Assembly: GCA_041650735.1 (NCBI GenBank)
Contig: JBAZKP010000001.1
Span: 240,786-304,785 of the forward strand
Source of the DNA: an archaeon
Lineage (GTDB): Archaea > Iainarchaeota > Iainarchaeia > Iainarchaeales > JAAZKV01
DNA length: 64,000 nucleotides
Reading direction: 5' to 3'
The notes below the pieces were generated by a model that did no database searches, was not told the DNA's origin, and saw only the letters and a program-made list of their open reading frames with translations. A program made the translations under genes and the position numbers. The stretch's first letter is position 1; each line of letters begins with the position of its first letter. Positions 55,642-64,000 of this stretch are shown here, one piece after another.

Positions 55642-55712
55642 TGGACTTGGCGGGAGTTGAACCCGCATCCCGCCCATGCGAAGGGCGTATTCTACCGCTA
55701 TACTACAAGCCC
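55642..55712 (-). tRNA. tRNA-Ala (CGC)
   Basis: GGGCUUGUAGUAUAGCGGUAGAAUACGCCCUUCGCAUGGGCG..GGGUUCAACUCCCGCCAAGUCCA; G3:U70 identity pair is present. Confidence 0.8.
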
Positions 55713-55789
55713 TTTTAGTGCTGGTATTTACCCAGCCCCATTATTCTTTATCAGAAAACATTTTAATACTCTTAATGTGTTAGTTCTTC

Positions 55790-57841
55790 ATGGCAAGAAA
55801 GTTAGTTCCTTTTGAATTAGATAAGATGTTTAATCCTCGAAGTGTGGCAGTCATTGGAGCATCAAATAATCCCGGAAAAGTGGGATATGCAATAATAAAG
55901 AATCTCGCCGAAGCAGATTTTTCCGGTGAAGTATATCCAGTTAATTTAAATGAAAAAAAAATTCAAGGAATAAATGCGTATCCATTTGTTTCAAAAATCA
56001 ATAAACCTGTTGATGTTGCAATAATATGCGTGCCTGCAAAATTTGCCCCCTCTATTTTGAAAGAGTGTGCTCAAAAAGGAATAAAAAATGCAGTAATAAT
56101 AACTGCTGGTTTCTCAGAAACAGGAGTGGAGGGAAAAAAACTTGAAGAAGAAATGAGAAAAATAATTGAAGAAAACAATATGGCGGTTGTGGGGCCGAAT
56201 ACTTTAGGGATAATAAATACAGAGGACGGCTTTAATGGTTCATTTTCAGCAACTTTTCCTCAACAAGGAAATATTGCGGTTGTTTCACAATCAGGGGCCT
56301 TATGCACAGCAATTCTTGATTGGGCAAGGCAAGAAAAAATAGGTTTCAGCAAATTTATTTCAACAGGAAACAAATCTTTCCTAAGCGAAGCGAGTTATTT
56401 TTCTTATCTTGCAAAAGATCCTCGAACAAAATCTGTTTTCGTTTACATGGAGTCAGTAAAAAATGCAGAATTATTTTTAAAAGAAGCAGCAAAACTCGCA
56501 AAGAAAAAACCCGTTGTTTTGATAAAAGCAGGCAGATCAGCTGAAGGACAAAAAGCAGCATCATCACACACCGGTGCATTAAGTGTTGATGATAATATTT
56601 TTAGCGTGGCATGCAAAAAAGCGAATATAATCAGGATAAATTCAATAGAAGGGTTTTTTGACATGGCAAAACTTCTTTCGAAATTAAGGCGAGTTAAAGG
56701 ATTCAAGCTTGCAGTTGTAACAAACGCTGGAGGGCCAGGGGTAATTGTTGCGGATTCAGCATCAGTACATAAATTTGAATTGCCTACTTTTAGTGAAAAA
56801 ACATTTGAGGCAGTAAAACAAATAAACCCTCATCCCTCAAACCCGCTTGATTTGATTGGAGATGCAAAGCCTATTGATTATAGGACCGCATTAAAAATGC
56901 TTCAAAGTGATCCAGCAATAGATATTGTTTATACTTTGCTTACCCCTCAAAGCATGACTAACCCTGAAAGAGTTGCGGATATAGTTGCAGCATTGAACAA
57001 ACACAAACCTATAATATGCTCTTTTTTAGGGGGTACAGCAGTAGCAAACCCTCGGCGTTATTTGAAAGAGCATGATGTGGTTGATTTTGAAACCCCTGAA
57101 AGAGGAATAAAGGCATTATCAAGATTAAAAGAATATTATGATAGTAAACCTGTAAAAAAAGCGTTTGAGCAAAAAATAATAATTGATAAAAGCATAAAAA
57201 AAATTCTTCGTGGGAAAAAACAGTTAACCCTTGAAGAATCTTTTTCATTATTAAAAAATTCAGGAATTCTTGTCCCTAAAACAATTTTCTTTGAAAAAAA
57301 AGAAGAATTGGATTTTTCGCAAATAAATTATCCCGTTGCATTAAAAACAGCAACAGGGCTGGCGCATAAAACAGATTATGGGTTGGTAAAAGCAAATATC
57401 AAGAACAGGACCGAGCTTGAAAAATATATTGATTTAATGGCTGTAAAAACAAATGAATTAAAAATTTCTCCTTCCTTAGCCGTTCAAGAAATGATTTTTG
57501 GGCAAGAAGTTCTTGTTTCAGCAATAACAACAGAGTTTGGGAAAGTAATTACTTATGGTCTTGGAGGAATATTTGTAGAAATAATGAAAGACATATCGCA
57601 AAAAATAGCGCCTATTAATGATTCTGATTTGAATGAAATGATGGAGGAAGTAAAAGGAACAAAACTCCTTCAAGGATACAGAACAAAAAAGAAATATGAC
57701 TTAGAATCACTGAAAAAAATAATCAAACTGCTTTCATCCATTGTACATAATTATCCTGAAATAAAGGAAATTGAATTTAACCCAGTGATTGTAACAGAAA
57801 ACGGTTGTTATGCAGTTGATGCTGTAATAACTTTGAATTAA
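55790..57841 (+). CDS. acd: Acetyl-CoA synthetase (ADP-forming), fused alpha and beta domains
   Basis: N-terminal CoA-binding SVAVIGASNNPGKVGY, a succinyl-CoA synthetase-like domain and a C-terminal ATP-grasp; 683 aa. Confidence 0.8.
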   Translation: MARKLVPFELDKMFNPRSVAVIGASNNPGKVGYAIIKNLAEADFSGEVYPVNLNEKKIQGINAYPFVSKINKPVDVAIICVPAKFAPSILKECAQKGIKNAVIITAGFSETGVEGKKLEEEMRKIIEENNMAVVGPNTLGIINTEDGFNGSFSATFPQQGNIAVVSQSGALCTAILDWARQEKIGFSKFISTGNKSFLSEASYFSYLAKDPRTKSVFVYMESVKNAELFLKEAAKLAKKKPVVLIKAGRSAEGQKAASSHTGALSVDDNIFSVACKKANIIRINSIEGFFDMAKLLSKLRRVKGFKLAVVTNAGGPGVIVADSASVHKFELPTFSEKTFEAVKQINPHPSNPLDLIGDAKPIDYRTALKMLQSDPAIDIVYTLLTPQSMTNPERVADIVAALNKHKPIICSFLGGTAVANPRRYLKEHDVVDFETPERGIKALSRLKEYYDSKPVKKAFEQKIIIDKSIKKILRGKKQLTLEESFSLLKNSGILVPKTIFFEKKEELDFSQINYPVALKTATGLAHKTDYGLVKANIKNRTELEKYIDLMAVKTNELKISPSLAVQEMIFGQEVLVSAITTEFGKVITYGLGGIFVEIMKDISQKIAPINDSDLNEMMEEVKGTKLLQGYRTKKKYDLESLKKIIKLLSSIVHNYPEIKEIEFNPVIVTENGCYAVDAVITLN

Positions 57842-57888
57842 CTAGAATAAGTGGTTTTGTTTTAAAACTTCTTTTACTTATTTTTACT

Positions 57889-58839
57889 ATGAAAAACATA
57901 GGGTCTTTGAAGCTTGATGGAGAGTTGTTCCTCGCGCCAATGGCAGATTATACTAATCTTGCATTCCGCACCCTCTGTAAGGAATATGGTGCAGCGCTTG
58001 TTTATACTGAACTCATTTCAGCAAAGGCCTTGGTTATGAAAAATAAAAAAACAGAGGCAATGCTTAAAGTAAATAAAAAAGAAAAACCTGTGTTTCTTCA
58101 GTTATTCGGCTCCAATCCAGAGGATTTTGGGAAAGCAATTGAGTTTGTTGAAAAAAAATTTCCTGAAAACTTTGCAGGGTATGATCTTAACTGTGGGTGT
58201 GCAGTACCAAAAGCACTAAAAGGCAAATACGGCTGTTCCATAATGAATAATCCAATAATTATAGGAAAAATTTTGTGCACAATGAAAAAGCAGACTAAGA
58301 AGCCTGTTACATTAAAGATGCGACTTGGAATGAATGATGAAAATTTTTTGCTTGTTGCGGAACAGGCTGAAGCAGCAGAGATAGATGCTATTGCGCTTCA
58401 CCCAAGACTTGGAAATCAAGGGTACTCAGGGAAAGCAAATTGGGCAAAAATTGCTGAATTAAAAGAAAAAGTTTCAGTGCCAGTTATTGGTAATGGGGAC
58501 ATTAAGGTTCCTGAAGATGTTTTCATGATGAAGAAAGAAACTAATTGTGATTTTGAAATGATTGGGCGCGCATCAATTGGCAACGCATTTTTTTTCAAAC
58601 AAGCAGAATGCGCACTTGGCAGGAAAAAAATTCCTGAACGTACTACAAAAGAGGCTGTAAAAGAAGCAACAAAATTTTTTGAACTTGTAAAAGAATTTAA
58701 TTTGAAACCTAATGATACGAGGCCTTATTTAATAGGATTTGCAAAAGGATTTCCTCATGCAGCCGAGCTAAGAAACAAATTTGGGTTAAGCAAAACAATT
58801 GAAGAAATGGAAGCTCATTTCTCCAAGTATTTTGTGTAA
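57889..58839 (+). CDS. dus: tRNA-dihydrouridine synthase
   Basis: FLAPMADYTNLAFRTLCKEYGAALVYTELISAKAL..; TIM-barrel FMN enzyme. Confidence 0.75.
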   Translation: MKNIGSLKLDGELFLAPMADYTNLAFRTLCKEYGAALVYTELISAKALVMKNKKTEAMLKVNKKEKPVFLQLFGSNPEDFGKAIEFVEKKFPENFAGYDLNCGCAVPKALKGKYGCSIMNNPIIIGKILCTMKKQTKKPVTLKMRLGMNDENFLLVAEQAEAAEIDAIALHPRLGNQGYSGKANWAKIAELKEKVSVPVIGNGDIKVPEDVFMMKKETNCDFEMIGRASIGNAFFFKQAECALGRKKIPERTTKEAVKEATKFFELVKEFNLKPNDTRPYLIGFAKGFPHAAELRNKFGLSKTIEEMEAHFSKYFV

Positions 58840-58843
58840 AAAC

Positions 58844-59002
58844 CTAAATTTCAGGTGCATAGATTTTTCTTTGAGTGTTCCCTTTTTTTATATACCCCAA
58901 AGAGGACTCTTGAAATAATTTTTCACATTTAGTTGAACAAAATTTTTGCCCGTTATTTTGAGCCTCAAATATTACTCCGCATCTCGCACAGAGTTTCTTC
59001 AT
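58844..59002 (-). CDS. Small zinc-ribbon protein (52 aa), not in ORF track
   Basis: MKKLCARCGVIFEAQNNGQKFCSTKCEKLFQESSLGYIKKGNTQRKIYAPEI with CxxC..CxxxC; verified codon by codon. Confidence 0.35.
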   Translation of the reverse strand: MKKLCARCGVIFEAQNNGQKFCSTKCEKLFQESSLGYIKKGNTQRKIYAPEI

Positions 59003-59166
59003 TTTCCCACCATCCGCCCGCCAGTATTAACAGAGCATGATTGCTCCCCAGCATAGGAATTGGTTATGTGAATAATTTAAAACACAATCTCTTGCATATG
59101 CTTTGCGCTGCTTGCACAGGATTTTACCAACAGCAAGGTTAAAAATAATAAACACTATTATATGTC

Positions 59167-59757
59167 ATGCCTGAATGCACTGATCAGTCCAAAAAAATTG
59201 CTCGAGAAGCTGAAGAATGGGCTGCAAAGCAAAAGCTCCTTCAATTATCTGAAATAAGCCTTGTTCTTGATACTTATGATGATATATTTTCAGATTTTGA
59301 TCCCCGAACATTTGATAAAAGGGCACTTTCAGATGACTTTTTAGTTGAAATAAAAAGAGCTACACGAGAAAAAAAATCAGGGTTAATAGAAATTAATTTT
59401 TTAATTCCTTTGGAAAAAAAGAAAGAAGAAACTGAAGCCAAAATAAGGAAGCGACTTAGGGACCATTTTAAGAGACACTATGACTTAACAAAAAAAGAAG
59501 TGGATAAGGTAAGAGGAGGAGGAATGTTAATGGTTGCAGTAGGGTTTGTACTCTCCATACTTGCAGCAGTTTTTATTTATCCTAATGAGAGCAACAATAT
59601 TCTAAATAACATAATTCTTGTTCTTATAGAGCCTGCTGCATGGTTCACTATCTGGGAAGGAGCAAACAAAATATTTGATACATGGAAAGATCTTGAACCT
59701 GATTTAGAGTTTTATAGAAAAATGACTAAATGCGAAGTAAGCTTTACTGCATATTAA
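59167..59757 (+). CDS. Hypothetical protein with C-terminal hydrophobic helices
   Basis: 196 aa ORF; no family recognised. Confidence 0.35.
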   Translation: MPECTDQSKKIAREAEEWAAKQKLLQLSEISLVLDTYDDIFSDFDPRTFDKRALSDDFLVEIKRATREKKSGLIEINFLIPLEKKKEETEAKIRKRLRDHFKRHYDLTKKEVDKVRGGGMLMVAVGFVLSILAAVFIYPNESNNILNNIILVLIEPAAWFTIWEGANKIFDTWKDLEPDLEFYRKMTKCEVSFTAY

Positions 59758-59788
59758 GCATATTTCTTCATACTGGGTGAAAGAGTTA

Positions 59789-60409
59789 TTAGTTTTCCTC
59801 AAACCCTATTTGTGAATCAATTTCTTCAGCAGCTTTTTTTAACTGGGAAAAAATTCTTTCAATATCTTCCTCTATTTCCTCAATAGTACGTTTCATGCTC
59901 CTGCTTCTTGATGAATAAAATTTTCCGTTTTTTTCAATTAATCCTGAGTGCAGCAAATTATTGAGATGATTAATTACTGCTCCGCGACTCATACCTATTC
60001 TTTCAGCGAGAGCAGTACTGCTTAAAGCTTCCCCTTTTTCTGTTGAAAGAACAATTTCTTTGAAAACAGCCGCAGCATTCTTGTCCTTGTCAATTGGTTC
60101 AAAAAAACCTAATGAAGAGCAAATCCAGGTTAATTGGTGTTCAAAATCATCTTTGAAAGGGCGTTCAACTTTTCTTACAACAACCTTGAATTTTGATCTT
60201 TTCGTAGAAACATGTTTAACAGAACCCTTCATTATGGGTAAGGAGTAAACCTGCATAACCTCGCTATTACTTATTTTATTTTGTACTTGTTTTGTTTTAG
60301 TTTTTGATTTGCTTTTCAAAGGTCTTAATTTATCCAAGTGATTTGTGATTTCAGGTCTATAAATATCAGGTAATTTTTCTTCAGAAAAAAGTGCTTTCTT
60401 CTTTACCAT
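59789..60409 (-). CDS. Winged-helix (HTH) transcriptional regulator
   Basis: LSSTALAERIGMSRGAVINHLNNLLHSGLIEKNG HTH; divergent from grpE. Confidence 0.5.
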   Translation of the reverse strand: MVKKKALFSEEKLPDIYRPEITNHLDKLRPLKSKSKTKTKQVQNKISNSEVMQVYSLPIMKGSVKHVSTKRSKFKVVVRKVERPFKDDFEHQLTWICSSLGFFEPIDKDKNAAAVFKEIVLSTEKGEALSSTALAERIGMSRGAVINHLNNLLHSGLIEKNGKFYSSRSRSMKRTIEEIEEDIERIFSQLKKAAEEIDSQIGFEEN

Positions 60410-60514
60410 TGTTCCACACAGTGATTTTCAACTAGTTTATTTTGTTCTAAGAAACCTTTAAAAACCCTTTGTCTAAAGAATATCATTATTGTTCAAACAG
60501 TTTGGACAAAGCAA

Positions 60515-61195
60515 GTGTTTGGTGTCTTAATGGTGGCTTTCAACAATCCCTTTAATAGTAATAATGAGGGAGTACAGAAAAATGAGGGTGCCTCAAGCGC
60601 GGAAACAGAAGAGAAAAGGAGTGTTGCTGAAAACAATGCTAAAAAGTTAGTTGGACAAGACAATCAAGAGAAGCAAACAGGGTATGAATCCAGAATTAAA
60701 GAACTTACAGAAACATTGCAAAGACTTCAAGCGGAATTCGAGAACTACCAAAAAAGAAGCACTAGACAGAATGAAGAGTACAGAGTTTTTGCAAATGCAA
60801 AACTCATTGAAGAATTATTGCCAGTGCTCGATGCGCTTGAACAAGGAATGCAACACAACAAAGAATTGGTATTAATGCATGAACAATTGTTTGGTATTTT
60901 GAAGAAAAATGGATTGCAAAAAATTCAAATTAAAGAAGGGCAAATGTTTGATCATGACAAAATGGAGTGCCTCTTGCAGGAAAAAAACGAGAAGTTTTGT
61001 GATGGAGCCATAGCAAGTATTTTACTTAACGGTTATTTGTTGAATGGAAAAATATTGCGACTGGCAAAAGTAAGTGTTAATATTAAGGAAAAGAAAGAAA
61101 AGGAAAAAACAAAAAATGAAAAACAAGAAACGACTGAACCAAAAAAAGAAGGGGTAACAAAAGTAGATTATGTAATAACAAAAATGGAGGAATAA
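60515..61195 (+). CDS. grpE: Nucleotide exchange factor GrpE
   Basis: LQRLQAEFENYQKRSTRQNEE..AKLIEELLPVLDALEQ core. Confidence 0.8.
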   Translation: MFGVLMVAFNNPFNSNNEGVQKNEGASSAETEEKRSVAENNAKKLVGQDNQEKQTGYESRIKELTETLQRLQAEFENYQKRSTRQNEEYRVFANAKLIEELLPVLDALEQGMQHNKELVLMHEQLFGILKKNGLQKIQIKEGQMFDHDKMECLLQEKNEKFCDGAIASILLNGYLLNGKILRLAKVSVNIKEKKEKEKTKNEKQETTEPKKEGVTKVDYVITKMEE

Positions 61196-61252
61196 TTCTT
61201 TCATTAAAAATAATTAATTTATATTTGGAGTAAAAAATTGGGGTGTGAAATT

Positions 61253-63106
61253 ATGGCTAAAATAATAGGAATAGATTTAGGAACAAGCAATAGTGCAGCA
61301 GCAGTTTTGGAAGGAGGAAAGCCAAAAATAATCCCTTCAGCAGAAGGAAACACAGTTTATGGAAAAGCTTTTCCAAGTTACGTGGCATTTTCCAAAGACG
61401 GAAAATTACTTGTAGGCGAACCCGCAAGAAGACAAGCAGTAACAAATCCTGACAGAACAATTACTAAAGCAAAAAGAAAAATAGGTACTGACTACAAATA
61501 TAAGATTGATAATAAAGAATACACTCCACAACAAATAAGTGCATTTATACTCCAAAAAATAAAACGCGATGCAGAAGCATTCTTAGGCGACAAAGTAGAA
61601 AAAGCAGTGATAACAGTTCCTGCCTATTTTGATGACAACCAAAGACAAGCGACAAAAGATGCAGGGCAAATAGCAGGATTAGAAGTTGTAAGAATAATAA
61701 ACGAGCCAACAGCAGCCTCACTAGCATATGGTTTAGATAAAAAAAATAAGGATTCAAAAATAATGGTTTTTGATTTAGGTGGAGGAACACTTGATGTAAC
61801 CATAATGGAATTAGGTTCAGGTGTTTTTGAAGTAAAATCAACTTCAGGGGATACGCAACTCGGCGGAACAGACATGGATGAAATAATGTTGAAATATATT
61901 GCTGATGAATTTAAGAAAAACCAAGGCTCAGATTTAATGAAAGATTCAATGGCGGTTCAAAGAGTAAGAGAAGCTGCAGAAAAAGCAAAAATAGAGCTCT
62001 CAACAGTTCTTGAAACAGAGATAAACCTTCCTTATATTACAGCTGATTCGACAGGACCAAAACACTTAGTAATGAAAATAAATCGTGCAAAATTAGAAGA
62101 ATTAATTCAACCACTTGTAAAAAGATGTGAAAAACCAATAACACAAGCACTTGCAGATGCAAAACTAGCTTCAGCCGATTTAGATAAAGTAATTCTTGTA
62201 GGAGGTCCAACAAGAATGCCGGTTATTTATGAATATGTAAAAAAAGTAACAGGATTAGAACCTGAAAGAGGAATTGACCCCATGGAATGTGTAGCAATGG
62301 GTGCGGCAGTACAAGGAGGAGTACTATCAGGAGAAGTAAAAGATGTTCTCTTGTTAGATGTAACTCCGCTAAGCCTCGGAATAGAAACTCTTGGGGGGGT
62401 GTTCACGAAATTAATTGATAGGAACACAACTATCCCTACAAAAAAATCACAAGTATTTTCAACAGCAGCTGATAACCAAACAGCAGTTGATATTCACGTG
62501 CTTCAAGGAGAAAGACCGCTTGCACGCGACAACAAAACATTAGGAAGATTCCAATTAATGGGAATCCTGCCTGCACCAAGAGGAATGCCTCAGATAGAAG
62601 TAATATTTGATATTGATGCAAATGGAATAGTGCATGTAACAGCAAAAGACAAAGGAACAGGAAAAGAAACAAGCATAAAAATAATTGCAACACAAAAACT
62701 TGATGAAGCTGAAATAGAAAGAATGAAAAAAGAAGCTGAATCACACGCAGATGAAGACAAAAAAGTAAAAGAAGAAATAGAAATCTTCAATAATGCGGAT
62801 GCGGCAGTTTACTCTACAGAAAAAATGCTTGAAGAACTAAAAGATAAATTAAATGAAGGGCAAAAGAAAAAAGTCCAGGACAGCCTTGAAGAGTTGAAAA
62901 AAGAACTTGCAAAGGAAGACAAAAAAGCATCTGAAATAAAAGCAAAAATGGATTTAATGAACAAAGCCCTTCAGGAAATAGGCTCGGAAGTATATGGAAA
63001 AATGAATCCTCAAGGAGAAGAAAACACAAACAATAATAAAGAACAAAGCAATAATGATGACAATGTGGTAGATGCGGAGTTTGAGGAAAAAGATAAGAAA
63101 AAATAA
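61253..63106 (+). CDS. dnaK: Chaperone DnaK (Hsp70)
   Basis: [19 protein letters not shown] and other Hsp70 signatures. Track start 61238 is TTG. Confidence 0.9.
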   Translation: MAKIIGIDLGTSNSAAAVLEGGKPKIIPSAEGNTVYGKAFPSYVAFSKDGKLLVGEPARRQAVTNPDRTITKAKRKIGTDYKYKIDNKEYTPQQISAFILQKIKRDAEAFLGDKVEKAVITVPAYFDDNQRQATKDAGQIAGLEVVRIINEPTAASLAYGLDKKNKDSKIMVFDLGGGTLDVTIMELGSGVFEVKSTSGDTQLGGTDMDEIMLKYIADEFKKNQGSDLMKDSMAVQRVREAAEKAKIELSTVLETEINLPYITADSTGPKHLVMKINRAKLEELIQPLVKRCEKPITQALADAKLASADLDKVILVGGPTRMPVIYEYVKKVTGLEPERGIDPMECVAMGAAVQGGVLSGEVKDVLLLDVTPLSLGIETLGGVFTKLIDRNTTIPTKKSQVFSTAADNQTAVDIHVLQGERPLARDNKTLGRFQLMGILPAPRGMPQIEVIFDIDANGIVHVTAKDKGTGKETSIKIIATQKLDEAEIERMKKEAESHADEDKKVKEEIEIFNNADAAVYSTEKMLEELKDKLNEGQKKKVQDSLEELKKELAKEDKKASEIKAKMDLMNKALQEIGSEVYGKMNPQGEENTNNNKEQSNNDDNVVDAEFEEKDKKK

Positions 63107-63346
63107 AAGGTGTTTAAGATAGAAGAAAAAATATTTGGTGAAAAATCCTCTGTTTTGAAAAATATTTCAAAACAGCAGGAAAAAATATTGCCTAATTCAA
63201 AGTCATCTAAAAAGCATGTTGTAAAGAATGCTGAAATATGGTATGCAAGCTAAGGGCAAGTAAAAAATCCAAACAAATATAAAATGAAAAGAAAATAAAT
63301 GTTTATTGGTGATTAATTGGCGCGAAACTTAAGTTTTTTTCAAAAA

Positions 63347-63580
63347 ATGAGGAGAAAAGTTTCTGGCGCAAGAATAAACTGGCTAAGCACAAGCGCCAGA
63401 CTTGCAGCAAATGAAGAATCAATGCAAAATGCTCTCTTGAGAACAGGTAAAGGGGATGTAGATAAAGTTATTTCTGCGCAAAAAAGGGCTCAAAAAGCTT
63501 CTGAAAAATATAAAAATGCGCGTTCAAATGAATTATTTCGAAGATTAAAAGAAAATGGCAGAGCCAAAAGAGGAAATTGA
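63347..63580 (+). CDS. Hypothetical small basic protein between dnaK and dnaJ
   Basis: ORF containing an 8-bp inverted repeat (TCTGGCGC..GCGCCAGA); may instead be a structured leader. Confidence 0.25.
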   Translation: MRRKVSGARINWLSTSARLAANEESMQNALLRTGKGDVDKVISAQKRAQKASEKYKNARSNELFRRLKENGRAKRGN

Positions 63581-63597
63581 GTTACTAAGTGATTCAG

Positions 63598-64000
63598 ATG
63601 GCTGATTATTATGAACTCCTCGGGCTCAAGAAAGGAGCTTCTCTTGATGAAATAAAAAAAGCTTACAAAGAAATGGCAAAAAAATATCATCCTGATGTTT
63701 CAAAAGAACCTGAGGCTGAAAAAAAATTCAAGGAAATAAATGAAGCTTACTCAGTTTTATCTGACCCTGAAAAGAAAGAAAACTATGATAATTACGGTGA
63801 AGCATACAAAGGATTTTCAGGTTACCAACAACAAGGCTTTGGCCAAGGAATGGATTTTGATTTTGAGGATTTGTTTAACCAATTCGGTTTTGGAAGCTTT
63901 TCAGGATTCTCTGACTTAAACGAAATGTTCGGTTCAGGTTCAAGAAAACAAAAACGCGACACAGGCTCAAACATAAAATTAAATTTATCCTTATCCTTTG
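63598..64000 (+). CDS. dnaJ: Chaperone DnaJ, N-terminal part; gene continues past the window end
   Basis: J-domain [35 protein letters not shown] followed by a G/F-rich region. Confidence 0.8.
   Translation, partial: MADYYELLGLKKGASLDEIKKAYKEMAKKYHPDVSKEPEAEKKFKEINEAYSVLSDPEKKENYDNYGEAYKGFSGYQQQGFGQGMDFDFEDLFNQFGFGSFSGFSDLNEMFGSGSRKQKRDTGSNIKLNLSLSF

Overview
This is a low-GC (~35%) archaeal chromosomal segment. Archaeal hallmarks present: RadA, TFE, aTrm56, a Fap7/AK6-like kinase, a Sulfolobus-type SSB, archaeal-type DtdA, archaeosine-type TGT, 7S SRP RNA, and an initiator tRNA with A1:U72.

Main content, in order along the window:
- 1–2.7 kb: a glyA (partial), NUDIX, and an unusual fused double ThyX-like gene.
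- 2.8–5.3 kb: RadA, a short TGT, and an SRP RNA. The ORF track mis-reads the SRP RNA as a TGT N-terminal extension.
- 5.6–7.8 kb: a divergent pair of bacterial-type genes, an HPF/RaiA-like protein and a long RelA/SpoT homologue. The RSH has a degenerate HD domain but an intact synthetase domain.
- 9.9–10.7 kb: tRNA-Phe and two tRNA-Lys genes.
- 12.8–16.2 kb: a tRNA-iMet gene followed by an AT-rich region with iteron-like palindromes, hypothetical genes and a XerA/XerCD-type tyrosine recombinase. This may be an integrated element.
- 21–26.7 kb: a cell-surface gene set that includes a 1314-aa coiled-coil, lipobox-like, C-terminally anchored protein.
- 28.5–50.2 kb: the most striking region. A near-complete archaeal alternative (trans-anhydromevalonate phosphate) mevalonate pathway sits in one locus.
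  - Genes present: thiolase, HMGCS, DUF35, class II HMGR, MVK, AcnX large and small subunits, UbiD plus UbiX, and IPK.
  - It is flanked by IDI2, GGPP synthase, and geranylgeranyl reductase with an unannotated 59-aa ferredoxin.
  - Several unknown ORFs are interleaved, and a duplicated ~60-nt promoter-like element precedes two of the operons.
- 50.2–54 kb: a porGDAB operon that is split between porA and porB by two unrelated ORFs.
- 54–64 kb: Ham1, DtdA, tRNA-Ala, ADP-forming acetyl-CoA synthetase, Dus, and a bacterial-type regulator–grpE–dnaK–(ORF)–dnaJ locus.

No CRISPR array or rRNA genes were seen. All calls come from reading motifs by eye; no database search was possible.
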